Assembly: GCA_964187785.1 (NCBI GenBank)
Contig: OZ076411.1
Span: 9,982,001 to 10,046,000 of the forward strand
Length of the DNA stretch: 64,000 nt
Direction of reading: 5' to 3'
From: Amphiscolops sp. MND2022
Lineage: Eukaryota
Under the pieces are notes generated by a model. It was not told where the DNA came from. It was given only the letters and a program-made list of their open reading frames with translations, and did no database searches. Below are positions 59,396 to 64,000 of the stretch, piece after piece. The translations under genes and the position numbers were made by a program. The stretch's first letter is position 1; each line of letters starts with the position of its first letter.

Positions 59396-60019
59396 TTCAC
59401 TGTAAAAAATCATTAGGAGGGAGATTTCAGAAAAGTTACTAACCGCAGTAATGGTAACTGAACACACTGTAACCACCGAAACCAGAAAAATAATACATCA
59501 AAAATTAATTCGGACTCAACTACATTTCAGGAAGAAAAGAAAACAGAGAGAGCACCGAAGATTGGCTTGAGAGGGGTCGATGGCAAATACATCCAATGGA
59601 AGGAGATCTTGAGGGATGTACTAAACGGAGTATTTAACAACCGGTCCTGGTCTTTCAATACTAATGGTAAAGGGCATCTTCCTGGCACTCCAAAGACCGT
59701 AAAACCAGCACATAAAAATTCCAAGAATATAATAAATTTTCATTTCCAGAGTGACAAGTAGCCCAGGATCTGACAAAAGCAAAAGTAGCACCAGAGCGCA
59801 AAACTACAGCTACAAACCGTTATACTCATACATTGAAACAGCAGACCACACAGCTACAAGCTTGGGCTCCATTCACCAAATACCAAAGAAAGATCTTTCA
59901 GCAAAAAGACTCATTTTGCGGTTTTTCGCAACTTAAAGTAACACAATGCTGCAATCAATTAAAAGTGGGTGTTAGCACTTGTGAAAGAGTCCTTCATTAC
60001 AGTGCACAGGCAAGCTATT

Positions 60020-60385
60020 TTGCTGTTTTCGTGGAATCCGGGACACGAAAATTGAGAAAAGTCGTGGAATCCAGGACAAAATTTCTCTTTGATGTTTAGC
60101 GTGTCTTGGATTCCACGACACTTGAATTTAATCAAAGAAGAGATGCCGCGTATCGCGTCAAGCATAAAGTCGTGGAATCCAGGAATTTTATGATTTCTGC
60201 AATCTGATCGGTTCATTTTGCAAAACTTACGTTTTTGTGGAATACGGGACACCGCTGCATGCCGACAGTGCGTACAGCTAAGCTTTTGTTACCATAATCC
60301 ACGACGAAATCCGTGGAATTCGGGACAAATGACGTAATTTGCCAATTTTGCACGGTTAAAGGTATGGTCGTGGAATCCGAGAAAT
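60020..60385. repeat. Cluster of TCGTGGAATCC(A/G)GGAC motifs in both orientations
   Basis: About 7 dispersed copies, one inverted at about 60105-60120. Confidence 0.5.
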
Positions 60386-60582
60386 TGAAAGCACAATGTT
60401 GCGCTTTGAGCAAATAAGGCTTGCCTGTGCACTCTAATGTTGGACTCTCTTGTTTTCAGTCGCTTCTCTTGTTTTTTTTTGTCTTGCGGAAAGGGCGGAA
60501 ACAGCGAAAAGAGCAAGCACATGCTCAATGTCACGTCACAGAGCGGATTACAGTTTTTGAAAAACTTCTTCAACATGTTCCT

Positions 60583-62702
60583 ATCGCATCGACTGTATAT
60601 TATAGGGAGACTTTACAAAACAAGCCAATTTCAATTTGCTGCAAAAGAACTAGTTTAACTTTCGTTTTTAAACACTTTTGGTCCGAAAGTTTTTTTCAAT
60701 CCAAAAAGGTAATTTTGGTTTGATGACTCTCAGATATTTATCGATATATATTTCAAGATTTTCCAATTGTAAAAAAGAAATCAAAAAGCCAAATTTTCAG
60801 AAAAACTCGGTTTCTTTAAAAACACTAGGATTCTCACCCTCCCTCCGCCATCAATTCTCATGAAAAAATTCCAAATCAAATGTGAAATTTTTTTTTCATA
60901 ACAGAAAGTTACATTCTACTCGTTGTTACTTGTTGAATCAAACAAACAACAAATTCACATACTTTGACTGTGAATATGCGAAAATTTTGTGGCTCAAATT
61001 TCGAAGCTGTTAATATCATAATCAAGCGCGCGCAACTTCAAAAGGATGAATAGCGTGAACGAATATAACACCTGGATCCTAAACTGTCAACTTGAAACTA
61101 ATTCAATCATGGTTGGTTTCTGATTTGTTTTTTTTTTCAATTATATTCACTAAATTTCATTAGAGACTTTGGCGATGGAGGTATGGTGTAACGGAACAGA
61201 ACCCAAATTACCAATAGTTTTTTTGAAACCACTTAGACATTGAAAACATGTAAACCTATTCTTAGGAATAAAGTCCATATTTTCTCTTAGATCACATGCG
61301 GAATGTATGCCGTTCTTTGTTATTTTAACATTTGATTTCTTCCACGCATTACCAAAACCAAACCCGCTCGAAGACGCATCCGTTCCAGTGCCATTTCGGT
61401 TCAAAGACAAACCGCCTATTATGTTCAATAATTCAAGCAAAGCCCTATCGTTTATTGCTGAATTTATTGCCCTAATGATCTGCGTTTGCATTGTGCCCAT
61501 CAATGAGTCTATTTCTTGAGACAATCAAGCATTCATTTCACCTGATGAAATCTCGAAAGTCTCTGTTAGTCAATCACAATCTGCTAAGTTTCTTCCGGCC
61601 AGCGTAAATAATCCTGATTTCGTTCTCTTCGGAAGAACATTTTCCAATCGCATCGACTGTATACTAGAGGGTGACTTTACATAACAAGCCAATTTCAATT
61701 TGCTGAAAAATAACTAATTTAACTTTCGTGTTTAAACAATTTTGGTCCGAACAATCTTTTCAGTCCAAAAATGTAGTTTTGGTTTGATGACTCTCAGCTA
61801 TTTACAAAAAGCCTAGTTTTTGCATCAAATTTTCAGAAAAACTCGGGTTCTCTAAAACACTAGGATTCTCACCATCCCTCCGCCATCAATTTTAATGAAA
61901 AATTTCCGAATTTTTTTGTAACTGGTTTAATCAAAAGTTAAATCTTACTCCATAACAGAATGTTACCTTCTACTCGTTGTTTCTTCTTGAATAAAACAAA
62001 CGAAAAATTCACACACTTGGACTGTGATTATGCGAAAATTGACCATTTTTTGTTGTTCAAATTTTGAAGCCGTTGATATCATAATCAAGCATGCGCAACT
62101 TCAAAAGGATGAATAGCGTGAACGAATATAACACCTGGATCATAAAATGTCACCTTGAAATTTAGTTTATCATTGTTGGTTTCTGATTTGTTTTTTTTTT
62201 CAATTGTGTTCACTAATTTTCTTTAAGGACTTTGGTGATGGAGGTATGGTGTAACTGAACAGAACCCAAATTACCAATAGTTTTTTTGAAACCACTTAGA
62301 CATTGAAAACATGTAAACCTATTCTTAGGAACAAAGTCAATGTTTTCTTTTAGATCACATGCGGATTGTGTGTCGTTCTTTGTTATTTTAGCCTTTGGTT
62401 TCTTCCACGCATTACCAAAACGAAATCCGCTTGAAGACGCATCCGTTCCAGTGCCATTTCGTTTCAAAGACAAACCGCCCAATATGTTCAATATTTCAGG
62501 CAAAGTCCTATCGTTTATTGCTGAACTTTTTGCCCTAACGATCTGCTTTGCATTGTGCCCATCAATGAGTCTATTTCTTGAGACAATCGAGCATTCATTT
62601 CATCTGATGAAATCTCAATAGACTCTGTTAGTCTATCACAACCTGCTAAGTCTCTTCCTGCTAGTATTCTTGATTTCGTTCTCTTGGGAAGAACACTTTC
62701 TA
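60583..62702. repeat. About 1.06-kb tandem duplication (60583-61646 and 61647-62702) covering flank plus the U5 part of the solo LTR
   Basis: Colinear diverged units, both starting ATCGCATCGACTGTATA. Confidence 0.8.
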
Positions 62703-63443
62703 TTTGGTACGGACTCAGAGTTTTGGAACATTTTTCAACATTTTCTGATGTGTTTGAATTTCCTTCTCCTAATCTGACATCCTTGTTACTGTAATCAGAT
62801 AATATTTCCATTTCTCTAGATTTTCTTGCTTTCACCTTTTGTTTTCTTGTTGAAGGCATGAATGTTTGTACAGGAGGAAATATTTAAATCGTTCCTGTTA
62901 TGTAGTTTTTTAACTCGGATTTTACAGCGAAACGTTATGAAAGTAACTTGTATTATCGTAGAACAAAATGATGATTGTGTCTGGATGTCCCGACCTGGGT
63001 ATATATTCCCAAGTGGGAATGACACTGAGGATTATTATGGTCATGTTACTAAAAATAGAATAAATCTAAAGAAAGCTACATTTCTTAGGTAAATTATACA
63101 ACATAACGTCACTTTTGTTTTTTGGGGCGCCACGATCAAAGCTTGTTGTGATTAGCTCAAAGGAGGCGGCTCTGTTAGCTATACTGAGCAGGCACACTTT
63201 CTGAACTCGTTTCCTTTCTGCCTGTCAGTATAGCGTGCTGTCAAATTTTACTACACAAAATTACATCAACTGCATTTACTTGTATTGAAGGTGATATATT
63301 TTATTGAAAATACATATAAAGTTCCAAGAATATTTTCAGACGTTCGATAGTTTTCATTGTAATGGCAACATTCCTACTAAGGCGATCAATCGGTTCGGGT
63401 TGATGGTATTCAAACTACCATCACAGGCGGCAGTATGGGGACA
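62323..63443 (-). mobile_element. Old solo LTR of the same gypsy clade, with degenerate gag N-terminus and ORF3 C-terminus
   Basis: MPSTRKQKVKARKSRE gag start at 62859 and AACDG..LPL ORF3 remnant near 63350-63435. TATA plus CTAAAAATAG. Near-TSD CCTAT/CCTAC. Confidence 0.7.
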
Positions 63444-64000
63444 CCTACGTATAAGTGGCGTCTCAAAAAGTACTTTTTTGTTGAAAATTCTTCGACGATT
63501 TCTCCAATGAATCGTTACCGAAACAAACTGAGACCAAACTGACCTCCTTTTTTTCAGAAGCAGAACTCATCATCATTAAACGCAAGAATCCTCACTATAC
63601 TTCTGAAAGTTCGATAAATTTGAAATTAGCAAAAAAAGAAAAAAAATCTAATAAAAAAAACACTGTATTTCCTACTTAAAATAGTATAAAAAAATGCATA
63701 GGGCAGTGTATGTAATTAAAATAGGGCAGTGTATACAACATCATTGATAAAAAAATACTAATTGAAGAGTAAAAAGGGGTGATAATGGGGTGATTATGGG
63801 GACGAATTATGTAAAACGGTAAACTCTCCAACATTTTATTCCATATTGTGGTCGGTCTATTTCATTTTCGTATCCTTGAGAAAGAAAAGATTTGATTCTT
63901 TTTTCACTGTTGCGTATGAAATTTTCTCTATCATTTTTCTCGGTAGAGTGTTCCACAAGGGTAATGTTCTTTTAAAGAAACAATTGCGCAGAAAATTAGA

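Overview
Repeat-rich, AT-rich animal genomic DNA with spliceosomal introns and one class-A GPCR. The repeat landscape is reminiscent of the acoel Symsagittifera; that species call is an unverified inference. The window is dominated by one clade of giant Ty3/gypsy LTR retrotransposons. Element 2 (22659-38617, minus strand) is complete and young: 15,959 bp, 1,722-bp TG..CA LTRs, AAACC target-site duplication. Element 1 (1-13347) is a divergent sister family cut by the window start. An old solo LTR of the clade lies at 62323-63443. Both elements have gag/pol (PR-RT-RH-IN) joined by an A-AAA-AAC -1 frameshift site and a gag ORF that starts about 190-215 codons inside the LTR. Both also carry a 5-exon ANTISENSE gene (about 1,250-1,310 aa) whose four introns are conserved in position and phase between the families. 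It encodes a disordered N-terminus, a BED-like C2H2 finger and what looks by eye like a hAT-transposase fold lacking catalytic residues. Head-to-head with it, element 2 has a sense ORF3 with tandem SUMO-interacting-like motifs that runs through the PPT into U3; its C-terminal peptide is conserved in all three LTR types. This accessory cassette is the candidate novel system, and an anti-silencing role is a hypothesis only. The rest of the window holds a single-exon GPCR, a decayed gypsy element with LTRs and TSD, at least 7 copies of a DINE/Helentron-like short repeat, several foldback/MITE-like elements and a 1.06-kb tandem duplication.
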